A stretch of 64,000 nt of DNA, taken from assembly GCA_951406725.2 (NCBI GenBank), contig OX597822.1, positions 39,618,001 to 39,682,000 of the forward strand, written 5' to 3'. The notes beneath the pieces are model-generated. The model saw only the letters and a program-made list of their open reading frames with translations, was not told where the DNA came from and did no database searches. The DNA is from Octopus vulgaris. Its lineage: Eukaryota. A program made the position numbers and the translations under genes. Positions 42,132-55,915 of the stretch are shown one piece after another. Positions within the stretch are counted from its first letter, which is position 1, and each line of letters starts with the position of its first letter.

Positions 42132-42283
42132 CGTACATATATATGTATATAAATATACATGTGTGTGTGTGTGTATGTGTATACATACATACACATAGGT
42201 AAATCGAAAATGAATTAAAACACGAAAACAACCAAAGTCAAAAGGACGTACATAATGATTGTATTGCTAAAAAAAGAGAGGTG

Positions 42284-42318
42284 TGTAACGTTTCGAGCAT
42301 GGCTCTTCTTCAGATAGA
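42284..42318 (-). ncRNA. Minimal hammerhead core, stem I degenerate
   Basis: CTGAAGA-A-GAGC-CAT-GCTC-GAAA-CGTT. Confidence 0.5.
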
Positions 42319-42781
42319 GGAAAGTGGAAAGGTGCGGAGGGAAAGAAAACAATAGCCCAAGAAAAGCACGTGTGTGGTTACATGGCTGAAGCGACCGGAA
42401 GTGGAGAGAGATGGAAAAAGTAGTTTTGAAGGCAGGAGAGTGGGAAAATGGTCAATGTGTGTGTGTATGTGTTGTGTGTGTGTGGTAGTATCTGTGTGCG
42501 TGTGTGCTTGTGTTTATGTGACTTGTGTATGTATATATGTGTGTGTGTTTGTGTTTGTTTGTCCCCTCCCCATCACCACTTGACAGCCGGTTTTGGTGTT
42601 TGTTTATGTCCCCGTAAATTAGCGGTTTAGCAAAAGAGACCGCTTAGAAAAGACCCCATCTCTTCCTCTCAATCGTCACATATCTGTGGCTACCCAAAGC
42701 ACAACTACATCATAGTTTTAAAATGTTATTCTTAGGACATAGTCCTGCCTGAACATTACTTCGGCATATCCTAATACAAAT

Positions 42782-43470
42782 ATTTCTTATTTCTTTATTG
42801 TCCACAAGGGGATAAACATAGAGGGGACAAACAAGGACAGACAAAGGGATTAAGATGACTACATCGACCCCAGTGCGTAAGTGGTACTTAATTTATCGGA
42901 AGGATGAAAGTCAAAGTCGACCTCGGTGGAATTTGAACTCAGACCGTAAAGACAGACGAAATACCGCTATGCATTTCGCCCGGCGTGCTAACGTTTCTTA
43001 TTTCTTTATTGCCCACAAGGGGATAAACATAGAGGGGACAAACAAGGACAGACAAAGGGATTAAGTCGACTACATCGACCCCAGTGCGTAACTAGTACTT
43101 AATTTATGGACCCCGAAAAGATGAAAGGCAAAGTCGATCTCGCCGGAATTTGAACTCAGAACGTAACGGTAGACGAAATACGGCTAGCATTTCGCCCGGC
43201 GTGCTTACGTTTCTGCCTGCTCGCCGCCTAATGCCAATGTTTCGCTCATTCAAGGAGGTGAGCATGACAGAATCGTTACCGCGCCGGAAAAATGCTTAGT
43301 GGCAGTTCTTCTGACTTCATGTTTTGAGTTCGAATACCGCCAGGATCGAGTTTTTCTTTTCATCCTTTTGGTGTCGATAAAATAAGTACCATTTGATCAC
43401 TGGGGTCGATGTAACTGACTTACCCGTTTCCTCGAAACTGCTAGTTTTGTGCTAAAATTTGAAACCAACT
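42782..43470. mobile_element. SINE family B dimer (-, 42782-43229) head-to-head with a diverged monomer (+, 43254-43470)
   Basis: Homology to family B. Confidence 0.85.
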
Positions 43471-43699
43471 TTTCTCTCAATCAGCCATTCAATTCTACAG
43501 TACCATCCTAATAACACTATCTCTCTCAATCTTTCCAGACACATAGGTAACATACCACAACACTACAACACCATCTTAACAACATTATCTCTCCCACTCA
43601 GTTCAACAACCGCATCTACAACACTCCAAAATGTATCACCAACAACACTGCAGCATCACAGCATTAACACCAACAGCCAAGAACAAATACCTCGTTAAT

Positions 43700-44078
43700 G
43701 TGGAAGCACTCCGTAGTTACGACGACGAGGGTTCCGGTTGATCCGAATCAACGGAACAGCCTGCTCGTGAAATTAACGTGTAAGTGGCTGAGCACTCCAC
43801 AGACACATGTACCCTTAACGTAGTTCTCGGGGATATTCAGCGTGACACAGAGAGTGACAAGGTCGGCCCTTTGAAATACAGGTACAGCAGAAACAGGAAG
43901 TAAGAGTGAGAGAAAGTTGTGGTGAAAGAGTACAGCAGGGATCACCACCATCCCCTGCCGGAGCCTCGTGGAACTTTTAGGTGTTTTCGCTCAATAAACA
44001 CCCACAACGCCCGGTCGAAACCGCAATCCTACGACCGAGAGTCTGCTGCCCTAACCACTGGGCCATTGCGCCTCCACA
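43700..44078 (-). mobile_element. tRNA-derived SINE family C, full length, with 11 bp TSD
   Basis: ACCTCGTTAAT at 43689-43699 and 44078-44088; A box TGGCCCAGTGG. Confidence 0.88.
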
Positions 44079-44199
44079 CCTCGTTAATACTCCAACACTA
44101 ACAATATTATACTAAAAATCACAGCAAATCCTACATCGTCACCACTCCAGACCACTGTAACACCACCATCTTAACAACACTGCCACTAGTCAACGTGTT

Positions 44200-44647
44200 T
44201 GTAGGAATTCGAACCCCAGCCGCAAGGGATTACGGATGAGCCACCGCAGTTTCTTACGATTGACCTATAAATCGACCAATCTGTACGAAAGTGCGGCGTA
44301 ACATGGCTCCTCGGATGATCTAAAAGTCACCCCCTTTAGAAACCGTTTGGCACCTAAAGCAGCCAGACGGTCTCAGCAGACCGCTGATTCAGACTGTCTC
44401 CAGCATTCAGGCAGACCACAGAAGGCAGACCACTAAGGCTTGACTACCACAGGGACTCGAACAGACCATCTCTACAAAAAATGATGTACCACAGCTAACC
44501 TTTTTACAAGACGTAGTGCGGTTCTCTCCTCTCTGCCGGCGGTTAAATTATCAGCATCTTTCATTTGTAAACAGCCAATGCAGTAAATCATGCCCAACAA
44601 TAAATACGTTAATGGTTAAAAGTTCGTGGGTTGCTTTGTTTATTACA
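44200..44647 (+). mobile_element. Possible solo LTR
   Basis: TGTA...TACA ends, TATAAA near 44266, AATAAA near 44599; no TSD found. Confidence 0.4.
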
Positions 44648-45036
44648 CAGGCAGTCAACCAGACCACACGATGATGGTCTTCAATTACACAATACATATC
44701 CAACATCACGACACCACGACACCACGACACCACGACATTGATGAACAAACATCCAGTCGTCATCTTTAATCTACTACGCAACCAAATACACCCCAAACTG
44801 CAGCCTGCTATCTTACAATTAAGGACACATTGAATAATGTAGTCTTAGATGCACAATTTCTGAAAAGAAATTTACCTGGGATTGGTTAGAAATCCATTGA
44901 ACATGGATCTGTCTGCTGGCTTGGAGTTCATTTACAGAATCATCATACGCAGCAGGTCCTTTAGACCACATCGCAGTATGCGCCATGTGGCATACCATCA
45001 AGACAACCCCACACCAAACTATATCCCACAGAACGT

Positions 45037-45260
45037 CTTTTATCTTTTATTTGTTTCTGTCATTAGACTGCGGCCATGCTGGGGCACCGTACCGCCTCGA
45101 AGAAAATTTTAGTCGAACGAATCGACCCCGTACTTATCTTTTTAAAGCCTGGTACTTCTTCTATCGGTCTCTCTTTAGCTGAACTGCTAAGTTATGGGGA
45201 CGTAAACACAACACCGGTTGTCTAATTGTGGTGGGGGACAAACGCAGACAAAAATCCACC

Positions 45261-45304
<44 letters not shown>

Positions 45305-45472
45305 AATATATATAAAACGGTCTTTCAGTTTCCATCTACGAAATCCACTCACATGGCTTTGGCCGGCCCGATGCTATAGTAGAATACATTTGCCCACGGT
45401 GCCACCCAGTGGGGCTGAACTCGGAACCATGTGGTTGGGAAGTAAACTTCTTACTACACACCATGCCCGTGC
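45037..45472 (-). mobile_element. SINE family A
   Basis: Homology. Confidence 0.82.
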
Positions 45473-45701
45473 ATCTTCACATGATCACACCACATTACAC
45501 TACACCCGATACATTTCCTTAAGACCACACTACACAGCACTATACTCTACACAGCTTTTCCTCAATACAACACCACGTAATACTTTATCTTATACAACGT
45601 CTAAAGAATATCGCAAAACGCTAGACACTGCACAATACGCTTTCATTACAACTACAATACTACAACCTATACAATAGGATAAACTGGTGTGCTCACTATG
45701 G

Positions 45702-45894
45702 CAGCGATTCCTAACCATTTTAATATCCGGACCAGATCTAAGACCAGGATTTCTTTTAGGGGTTACACCCAAAAAATATAACATGTCATTTAAAGAAAAA
45801 TATATTATGTTTATTGAGGGAGGGCCGCCGAGGGCCGAGAGAAGGATACTTGAGGGCTTCGTGCGTCCTTGGTAACCACGATTGAGAACCAATG
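45702..45894. mobile_element. hAT (Charlie-like) MITE remnant
   Basis: CAGCGATTCCTAACC / GATTGAGAACCAATG imperfect TIRs. Confidence 0.4.
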
Positions 45895-45949
45895 CTCTAT
45901 GTGGTCTCTAGCCATCACAACCATTGCTGTCTGTCTGAGATATGGGATT

Positions 45950-46026
<77 letters not shown>

Positions 46027-46442
46027 TGTGTGTGTATGAGTGTGTGGTTTGTTGGTGAGCTGACGTAGCGTGGGTGGCTGGTCAAAAGGAAAGACAACCA
46101 CCCACCCCCTGCTGTCCTTATACAGCGACGATTACAGCAGCAGCAGCAACATTATCAGCGACTTTAATCTAACGACCCGAAACTATTCCTTCTTTAGCCG
46201 CCCTCAGTAGCTAAAAACAATAACAATGTGATAATAATCAGCTTATACAAGCATCACGTATACCACCACCACCACCACCACCACCACCACCACCACCACC
46301 ACCACCACCACCACCAACACCACCACCACCACCACCACCACCACCACTACCACCACCACCATTACTACTACCAGCATCACCACAATCATCACCAATACCA
46401 ACACCAACACCACGATCGCCAGCACTGCCATAACTAGGACCA

Positions 46443-46495
<53 letters not shown>

Positions 46496-46591
46496 CGACG
46501 ATGACGACGATCACCACCACCACCACCACCATCATCATCATTACCATCGACTCCGCCGTGGCAACCAAATAAAAAAAAGCAACAATGCAAA

Positions 46592-46623
<32 letters not shown>

Positions 46624-47346
46624 TCAAGCCAATACCACAGACATTGAAACAAGCAACAGATTTCCAGACAGAGTACTCTCCCCCACCCTACCCCACTCCC
46701 CCCACTCCCCCCCCACTCCCCCCCACTCCCCCCCCACTCCCCCCCCACTCCACCCAGACATAGTACTCGCCCCACCGCTCACCCCACCCCTCGACCCCCA
46801 CGCAGACGTAGTACTCACCGCCACCCCCATTGCACCCAACCCCATGCATAGTACCCAACCCATACATAGACAAAGAGCCCACCCCACACATAGGCATATA
46901 CACATACCGCGCCGTCTGCCACGATTTGGGAACAACAAACCCCTTCACTCAAGTGCACGCCACCACGACCACCCACCCCACCCCACCAACAACAACCACC
47001 CACCACCACCACAACCATCACCACCATCCCGTCTAACCTTCTTTATCGCAGATATCCATCACACTGAACGTATCTACCCCAGACTTTGCCCAGTATATAC
47101 ACATCCACCCCATAAGGTTACCCCTAATGTTTTCTTCGTTTTCACATTATCACAGGCACCCATCCCGTCTCACCAGCACCGCCGCCGCCACCGCCACCAC
47201 CACCAGTAACGAGAACAACAACAGCATCAACATCAACCATACTCAATGATGTTAGTGTTGTATACATACGTAACCAGACAGACATACATACATATTTACA
47301 CTCACACACACGTGCGCGCGCACACACACAGACATACCGACATGTA

Positions 47347-47384
<38 letters not shown>

Positions 47385-47395
47385 CACACACACAA

Positions 47396-47464
<69 letters not shown>

Positions 47465-47684
47465 CATACGTATATACATACTTATATATATATAATATTA
47501 TGCACACACACGCAAATATATATATACATATATATATATTTATGTATGCGTATATATTCTATATGTTTATTGCTCCACGTGTATATATATATACATAGAC
47601 ACATATATATAGAGCACATATATATAGGCATAGAAAATATATATATATTTATTTATGTGTGTATATATATATATACATACATAC

Positions 47685-47752
<68 letters not shown>

Positions 47753-47886
47753 CTATATATTTTATGTTCTGCGTAAACTTGTCTATATATAGATATATTC
47801 TTGTACATGTCTGTTTATGTGCATCAATATCTCTCTTCCCCTCTCTCTCTCTCAGTATATATATATATATATATATATACATAAAT

Positions 47887-47919
<33 letters not shown>

Positions 47920-47935
47920 TACATACATACATACA

Positions 47936-48007
<72 letters not shown>

Positions 48008-48445
48008 TATATACATATATGTGTTTGTATATAAGTCCATATATGCACACACGAACACGTATTAGAGTGAGTGTTTGCGTATAGATTTTTTCTCTTGATA
48101 TACATACCATCACACCTACACATGGACACACATATACAACCAAATTCTGTTTACTATATTTACACTATTCAAGTTAATTCTCATGTTTTTAGACATTAAA
48201 AAAAAAAAAAAATTGGATGCTGCTCATAAATATCCGTCACCGCCATGTCCAGCTCTGCTTCTTTTGTAAAACTTTTTTGTTTTTTGTTTTTGGTATTTCG
48301 GACGAATCTTTGTAACATAACTCAATCTCCACGATGTCCTCACACCATCTAGATAGCTAGCTAGCTAGATAGATAGATAAATGGAGTGATGGAGGGATAG
48401 ATATATAGACAGACAGGGACAAAGTGACAGGTGATAGATATAAAA

Positions 48446-48505
<60 letters not shown>

Positions 48506-48627
48506 GAATATATATATATACATATATATATATATGTATATATATGTATATATATATATATACATATATACATATGTATATATATGCCTATATATATACA
48601 TATATATATACATATGTATATATATAC

Positions 48628-48662
<35 letters not shown>

Positions 48663-48821
48663 TACTTAAATACATGGACGGCAGAAGATAGATAGACAGA
48701 GAGATAGATAGATAGGTAGATAAATAGATGAATAGATGGGTGGATGGAGGGATAGATATATAGACGGACAGGGACATACAGAGAGGTGACAGATATAAAA
48801 AGATGTTTCATATTTGGATTA

Positions 48822-48858
<37 letters not shown>

Positions 48859-48948
48859 TCTTTACTCTCTCTTTTACGTGTTTCAATCTATCTTTCTGTC
48901 TCTCTTTCTCTCATTATATATATATGTATGTATGTATATTTATATACA

Positions 48949-49116
48949 TTGTTTCAGTCATTTGACTGCGGACATGCTGGAGCACTGCCTTTATTCTTTG
49001 TAAGCCCAGTACTTATTCTATCGGTCTCTTTTTGCCGAACCGCTAAGTGACGGGGACGTAAACACCAGCATCGGTTTTCAAGCAATGCTAGGGGGACAAA
49101 CACAGACACACAAACA

Positions 49117-49164
<48 letters not shown>

Positions 49165-49333
49165 CATATATACGACAGGCTTCTTTCAGTCTCCGTCTAC
49201 CAAATCCACTCACAAGGCATTGGTCAGCCCGGGGCTATAGCAGAAGACACTTGCCCAAGATGCCACGCAGTGGGACTGAACCCGGAACCATGTGGTTGGT
49301 TTGCAAGCTACTTACCACACAGCCACTCCTGCG

Positions 49334-49335
<2 letters not shown>
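48949..49335 (-). mobile_element. SINE family A
   Basis: Close match to 3117-3519. Confidence 0.9.
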
Positions 49336-49373
<38 letters not shown>

Positions 49374-49424
49374 TACAAACATACATACATATATATATAT
49401 ATAATGAGAGACAGAGAGATAGAG

Positions 49425-49492
<68 letters not shown>

Positions 49493-49838
49493 GGATGGTT
49501 GGGTGGATGGATGGATTGAGTGATAAACAATTCAACAAAAATGTACTCCTTCTGGTGAAGAGATAAATATTAACTATTTACAGGACACAATACATGTCTT
49601 TAGGTGGTACGAACAGTAGCGCTTAAAGACTTGGACGGCAGAAGAAGGACACGCAAAGTTGACCCTCGCCCCGATTCCAACCTATAACATGCAATTCTGG
49701 GACAGTGACGGAAAAGCATTTGTTGGATGCTCTAAAGATGCTACCAAACGACCGTAACTTCTTCCTCTCTCTCTCTCGCTCTCCTTCTATTTCTTTCTCT
49801 CTATCTCTTTACAAACATGCATATAAACATAATATATA

Positions 49839-49884
<46 letters not shown>

Positions 49885-49953
49885 CACTCACACGCATATA
49901 TACACATCCGTAAATATTTATTACTTGTTTATTTACAAATATGTACGTCTGTA

Positions 49954-49989
<36 letters not shown>

Positions 49990-50029
49990 TGTATGTATGT
50001 ATGTATGTATGTATATGTATATGTAAGTG

Positions 50030-50066
<37 letters not shown>

Positions 50067-50077
50067 ATGCATATGTA

Positions 50078-50125
<48 letters not shown>

Positions 50126-50323
50126 CATATATCAAGTCCATATGCACACATATATCCAGTCTCTCTCTCTCTCACACACATATATATGTATGTATGTACA
50201 CACATCCGTATATATGTCTGTGCATATATACCTACATCTACATCAACATCTATGTATTTAATTATTTATTACACATGAATTTATTTATTTATAAATACGT
50301 ATGTGCATATATATGTGTGCGTG

Positions 50324-50364
<41 letters not shown>

Positions 50365-51019
50365 ATGTATATATGTACATATATATATACATACATATAT
50401 ACATACATACATACTCATATATATATATTTATATTTATATGTATATATGTATGTGTATATATATATAAATATGTAAATAAATAAATAAATAAATATATAC
50501 ACTCACACACACAAACATGCAAAAGCCACACACGTGTTCAAACATATGCCCACACACATATGTAAATATTGTCGTATGACGAAATTCCTCAGAGTTCCAC
50601 CATCATCTCTCCTATTAAAAACCTATCCCATTCCATCCCTCCCAGAATTCAGTCAGCTGAAAGCCCGTGTCAATCAATGCCTTCCGTATAGACATAAGTC
50701 TACCAAAGTTCAAGTCAGATATGAACTACATCAACCACACCAAATGCCATGAAGGGCGAAATCACCCCATCCTCATCCTGTTAATCCTAAAAAATGTCTC
50801 GCCAAGTGTACTATAGACACAATGCCTGGAGTTTGGAAGAGGGGACTAGTCAATTACATCGACTCCAGAGTTTCACTGGTACTTAATATATCGACCTCGA
50901 AAGGGTGAAAGGCAAAATTGACCTCGGCGGAATTTGAACTCGGAATGTATGGACGGACGAAATGCAGATAAGCATTCTGCCAGCTGACTGTCTTGATGAT
51001 GATGACGATGACGATAATG

Positions 51020-51099
<80 letters not shown>

Positions 51100-51229
51100 C
51101 CATTCTACTAAAGGCACAAGGCCTGAAATTTTGGGGTTGGGGGCCAGTTAATTAGATCGATCTCAATATGCAACTGGTATTTAATTTATCAACCCTGAAA
51201 GGGTGAAAGGCAAAGTCAACCTTTCATCC

Positions 51230-51279
<50 letters not shown>

Positions 51280-51287
51280 GTAATAAT

Positions 51288-51762
51288 AACACAGAGCTGC
51301 GCTCGATAGTGAAGTGAAAGCACGCTATAAAAATATAACTATTGAATAATAATAACGAGATAGAGAATAGGAAACCAGAGTGTTAATTGAGGAAGAAAGC
51401 AAGCGATGCTTGATCATAGATATAGCATGCCCAGCTGACAACAAGGTATGCGATAAGGAAGAAATAAAAGTTGATAGATATGACAGTTTAGCTTAGGAGG
51501 TTAAGCAGTTGTGGTCGATGAAAAAGGTGGTAGTAGTACCAATAATTGTCGGAGCCCTGGGAACAGTGAGTAAAAATCTTGTGAAGTACATGGAACAAAT
51601 AGGGGCTGCAATAGGCGTGAAGCACTTGCAGAAAACAGCACTGCTTGGAACCATTCGAATACTCCGGAAGGTGCTCGAAAAATAAGGGGTGTTACCTTAG
51701 ATCTCAAGTAGTGAACAGCTGACACCGTAGTACATCTCCAGCGTTAGAAGCTGCGCAAAGAC

Positions 51763-51846
<84 letters not shown>

Positions 51847-52180
51847 TACATTGTTTTATCTTGGTATAAAAGATGGTCTACAGCAAATATTCTACTTAAT
51901 ACCACAAATTTTCTTGTCAGTTGTTTGATCTTAACCAGCTGAGCATGTCCCTTAGTGGCTAACGATATGTACATCTCTGATAACGAGTAGAAGTAATGGG
52001 TGAGCATCATAGCCGTGTGTTGAGAGGAATTTTTTGGGGTTTGGATAATTCACCTCTGGAAACATAAGTGTTTCGTTCAACATCCTTAAACATACCTTAT
52101 TCAGGGACCTTTTGGGCGGGATGGACTACTCAACCTAGAAAAAATTCTAACTTGGCCCCACCTGCACGGTCATGCGCTGT
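51288..52180 (+). mobile_element. Train in (TAA)n: Dong-A 3' tip (51288-51344), Dong-B 3' end (51356-51763), TAA-linked element (51844-52180)
   Basis: Direct homology to 13417-13472, 11510-11949 and 21295-21632. Confidence 0.88.
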
Positions 52181-52730
52181 TTAATTTAATTTAATTTAAT
52201 TTAATTTTTTTGGCTCAAAAAGCAAAAGCAAGGCCATGTAGGGGGACATGGAGCTATGTACAGAAAGGGTGTTCATACAAAGAGTTCAAGCCATTTCTGG
52301 TCAAGAGTGACTGAACCGAGCGGTCGTCGGCATCTTCACTATCTCGTCCGGCAGCTTATTCCACGGATCCGCAACCCGGACGGAGAAAGCCCTCTCCTTC
52401 GATTGAGATGAAATTGTCGTAGATAGAGCTTTTCGGAGTGACCCCGTAGCCCACGCTCTGGAGCAGGAGTGAAGAACAGCTCTTTCGAGAGGTTACACTT
52501 TCTGCTTATGATGTTGTGAGCGAGAATGAGATCACCACGGCGTCGTCGTTTTTCTAGAGAATAAAGGTCGAGCGTCTTCAGCCTTTCTTCATAAGACAAA
52601 TGCTTGAGACCAAGAACCACGCGGGTAGCCAGCTTCTGGACTCTTTCGAGATGCTGTATATCTTTGAGGAGATAAGGAGAAAAGGCTTGAATCCCGTACT
52701 CCAATATGGGTCTCACCAGCGTGACATAGA
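52181..52730 (-). mobile_element. CR1-like LINE 3' fragment with (TTAAA)n tail
   Basis: VRPILEY..LERVQKLATR..SYEERLKTLDLYSLEKRRRRGDLI (ORF 52339-52716). Confidence 0.88.
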
Positions 52731-52857
52731 GCTATGTGCACCGAGGAATATGACCTGACAACCTGAGGGTAAAATTGGGGAAGAAATGTACATATATATG
52801 TACCCAAAATGACGCCAAAACCTAACCGTAAAAACTCTGGGATATAATTGTTTGTTG

Positions 52858-53454
52858 CAGTGGTTCCCAACCAGTTTTTGGTCATGATCCCATTTGAGAC
52901 CTGTTTTACACCACTAGTACTCCGTGTTAAAAAATTATATTTTTATGATTAAATATTAGGAATTGTATAAAAATTGTCAAAATAGTTTGCCATCAAGATG
53001 TAGGACAAGATACTGCAATACTGGGCTTCAGAGGTCCACAGCTCTTCAGTATCCTCCCGAAGGTCCTGAGAGACCTGCATGGGGTGGATGTAGGTGTTTT
53101 CAAAATAAAGCTAGACCTCTTCCTGTCAAGTATCCCAGATGAACCAACTTCGCGGCAGGAGGTGCAGATGAGGGCAGCTGCATCAAACTCTCTCATGCAC
53201 CAAATGTCAATTGCTAAAAAGCATTCGTGAAGTAAAATTATGTAGCAACACCAAATGGCGGTGACCCAGCATGGCCACAGCTCATGAGCTGAAACTAGAT
53301 AAAATGAAATATAAATAAAATTTATTCAACATAAATTTATTCTACATAAATTTATTTATGTAGAATAAATTTAACCAAATTATTCTACATAAATTTTAAT
53401 AACAAAATCTTATACGCACCATCAAGAGTCAAATGGACGCCGGTTGAGAACCCT
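52858..53454. mobile_element. hAT-like MITE split by a LINE fragment
   Basis: CAGTGGTTCCCAACC / GGTTGAGAACCCT ends. Confidence 0.5.
52992..53320 (+). mobile_element. CR1-group LINE 3' end
   Basis: GFRGPQLFSILPKVLRDL..FKIKLDLFLSSIPDEP..RAAASNSLMHQ; stop at 53228-53230. Confidence 0.8.
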
Positions 53455-53539
53455 AGTGCAATCTGACAAACGGGCCGAAGGGAACATTCCCGATAGAATT
53501 ATCGAGAACAAGATGGAAAAATATTTCAATTTTTCTGTA

Positions 53540-53745
53540 AAACATGGCGCAGAAGGGGGTAGAAAAACTATCACAGTACAATGACGTTGATATTGAAACA
53601 AGCAGGATGTGGGATGTGAAAGTAAAAATAAAAAATAACTGGAACCAAAATATATAAAACGCACAGAGCTCTCAACTCTATACGGTTCAAAAAATAGGCT
53701 CGGTTTGACACACCACACATTTCTACGAAAGAGAATCTCTGTTTA
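53540..53745 (+). pseudogene. Old Dong-like RLE C-terminal remnant
   Basis: VEKLSQYNDVDIETSRMWDVK versus family A MEKLSKYNDLEIEVTRMWNLK. Confidence 0.6.
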
Positions 53746-53971
53746 ATAGCGCAACGTCTACGGTGCAAACTACAGAATACACAGGTTCTTGCACGTACCA
53801 GGTATTAAAATAACACAACCACAACAGATCTATACACCAATCTGCTAATAATATATAACAGCTCAGATAAAAAATCATCAAAGAACAGTATAAGACATCT
53901 TTCGTAGTAGAGGTTCTACTCACTACCATATATACCACATACACACACACACACACACACATATGTGTGTG

Positions 53972-54006
<35 letters not shown>

Positions 54007-54059
54007 AGATAAATACCTACATCTACATGTATATATACATGCATATATAAATAATTATA

Positions 54060-54514
54060 CGGGAGTACAGGACATCACAATAGGACGTAGAAACGGAAAA
54101 AGCCAAAAAACAAAAAACAAGAAAACGGAAAACGAAAAACAAGAAACCGAAAAACAAATACAGGACGAGCTACACAAGGACAAAACCCCCGTCATCAGCT
54201 GTCGCTAGAGGAGTCAGGCATGTTTCGAAGGCATAACAGAACACTAATCCAATAGGCCTTCCTGCGAGAGAATTAAAATAAAATTCCAAGCAGCGGGGCA
54301 AAATGAGTACGAACACAAACAAGACGTAACAATAAGACTGCAAAATTAAAATACATGTACAAAAACAGACACACAAGAGGACGAACGAAAAAGCCTTTTT
54401 TCTGGCATAGACGAACAATAAAACTGCAAAAATAAAAATACATGTACAAAAAATACAATTAGTTACAAAACGAGAAAATAACAAGAATACTATACAGGAA
54501 ATCAACCACACAGG

Positions 54515-54520
<6 letters not shown>
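54060..54520 (-). mobile_element. Diverged copy of the permuted-hammerhead repeat
   Basis: Same terminus (GTACAGGAC) and same motif order. Confidence 0.6.
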
Positions 54521-54547
<27 letters not shown>

Positions 54548-54838
54548 CGGTGGCACATGGCCTAGTATTTAAAGCAGCGGACTCGAGGTCGAGGGATCGC
54601 GGGTTCGAATCTCAGAGCGGGCGATGTGTGTGTCTATGAGCGAAACACCTAAGCTCCACGCGGCTCCGGCAGAAGGTAATGGCGAACTTCTGCTGACTCT
54701 TTCGCCACAACTTTCTCTCACTCTTGCATCTTGAGCTCACCTGCGACGGACCGGCGTCCCGACCAGGTGGGGAACATATACGTCAAGGAAAACGGGAAAC
54801 CGGCCCTTTTGAGCCAGGCGTGGCTCGAGAAGGAACAA
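54548..54838 (+). mobile_element. SINE with family C head and a different (V-domain-like) 3' half
   Basis: B box GGTTCGAATC; shares sequence with 43700-44078 up to CCACAACTTTCTCTCACTCTT, then CCTGCGACGGACCGGCGTCCCGACCAGG. Confidence 0.8.
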
Positions 54839-54904
54839 CCACACACACACGCACACACATACATATACATATATGTACATAACTACATATATATGTATAT
54901 ATAC

Positions 54905-55124
54905 ATGCATATATGGGTACAGGACATCAAAAAACGTTGATCACAATGATGAACGAAAACATAAAAATAAAAACATAGAAACAACGAAAAAAGCAGATAA
55001 ACGAGACATACAACACAAGGAATATTCCCCTTCTTCAGTTGTCCATGTTTCATCTACTCCGCGTTCCGACGGTAAGGACAAGACGCAACTTCGTTTTTTT
55101 ATGTCCTGTACCCACATATGCATG
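54905..55124 (-). mobile_element. Copy of the permuted-hammerhead repeat with an inverted terminal duplication
   Basis: TGCATATATGGGTACAGGACATCAAAAAACG / CGTTTTTTTATGTCCTGTACCCACATATGCA. Confidence 0.7.
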
Positions 55125-55270
55125 TATATATACATATATATGTAGGTATGTACATATATGTATGTATATATGCATATATTTATATATTATTTATTTAATT
55201 ATATAATCGAACGCCACACATCCTTTTCTAAGTATATATATATATATATACACGACGTGCATCTTTCAGT

Positions 55271-55328
<58 letters not shown>

Positions 55329-55404
55329 AGGAGCGCTCCGTCGGTTACAACGATGAGGGTTCCAGCTGATATGATCAACGGAACACGACGGGCTTCTTTC
55401 AGTT

Positions 55405-55436
<32 letters not shown>

Positions 55437-55521
55437 GTGTGCAGGAGGAGCACTCCGTCGGTTACAACGATGAGGGTTCCAGCTGATATGATCAACGGAA
55501 CACGACGGGCTTCTTTCAGTT

Positions 55522-55585
<64 letters not shown>

Positions 55586-55588
<3 letters not shown>

Positions 55589-55915
55589 GGAGGAGCACTC
55601 CGTCGGTTACAACGATGAGGGTTCCAGCTGATATGATCAACGGAACAGCTTGCTTGTAAAATTAACGTGCAAGTGGCTGAGTACTCCACAGACACGTGTG
55701 CCCTTACCGTAGTTTTCAGTGAGATTCAGTGTGACACAGAGTGTGACAAGGCTGGCCCTTTGAAATACAAGTACAACTCATTTTTGCCAGGTGAGAGGAC
55801 TGGAGTAACGTGAAATAAAGTGTCTTGCTCAAGGACGCAACGCGTCGCTGGGAATTGAACTCACGACCTTACGCTCGTGAGCCGAATGCCCTAATCACAA
55901 AGCCATGCGCCTTCA
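55586..55915 (-). mobile_element. SINE with a tRNA+CORE-like head and family C 3' half
   Basis: GTCCTTGAGCAAGACACTT CORE-like block; 3' part matches 43700-43885. Confidence 0.82.

Noticed and set aside
54548-54625. Functional tRNA gene
   Set aside because: tRNA-like head continues into a SINE body; no proper acceptor stem
55251-55648. CRISPR-like repeat-spacer array
   Set aside because: Repeats are SINE pieces, spacers are (TA)n, no cas genes, eukaryotic context
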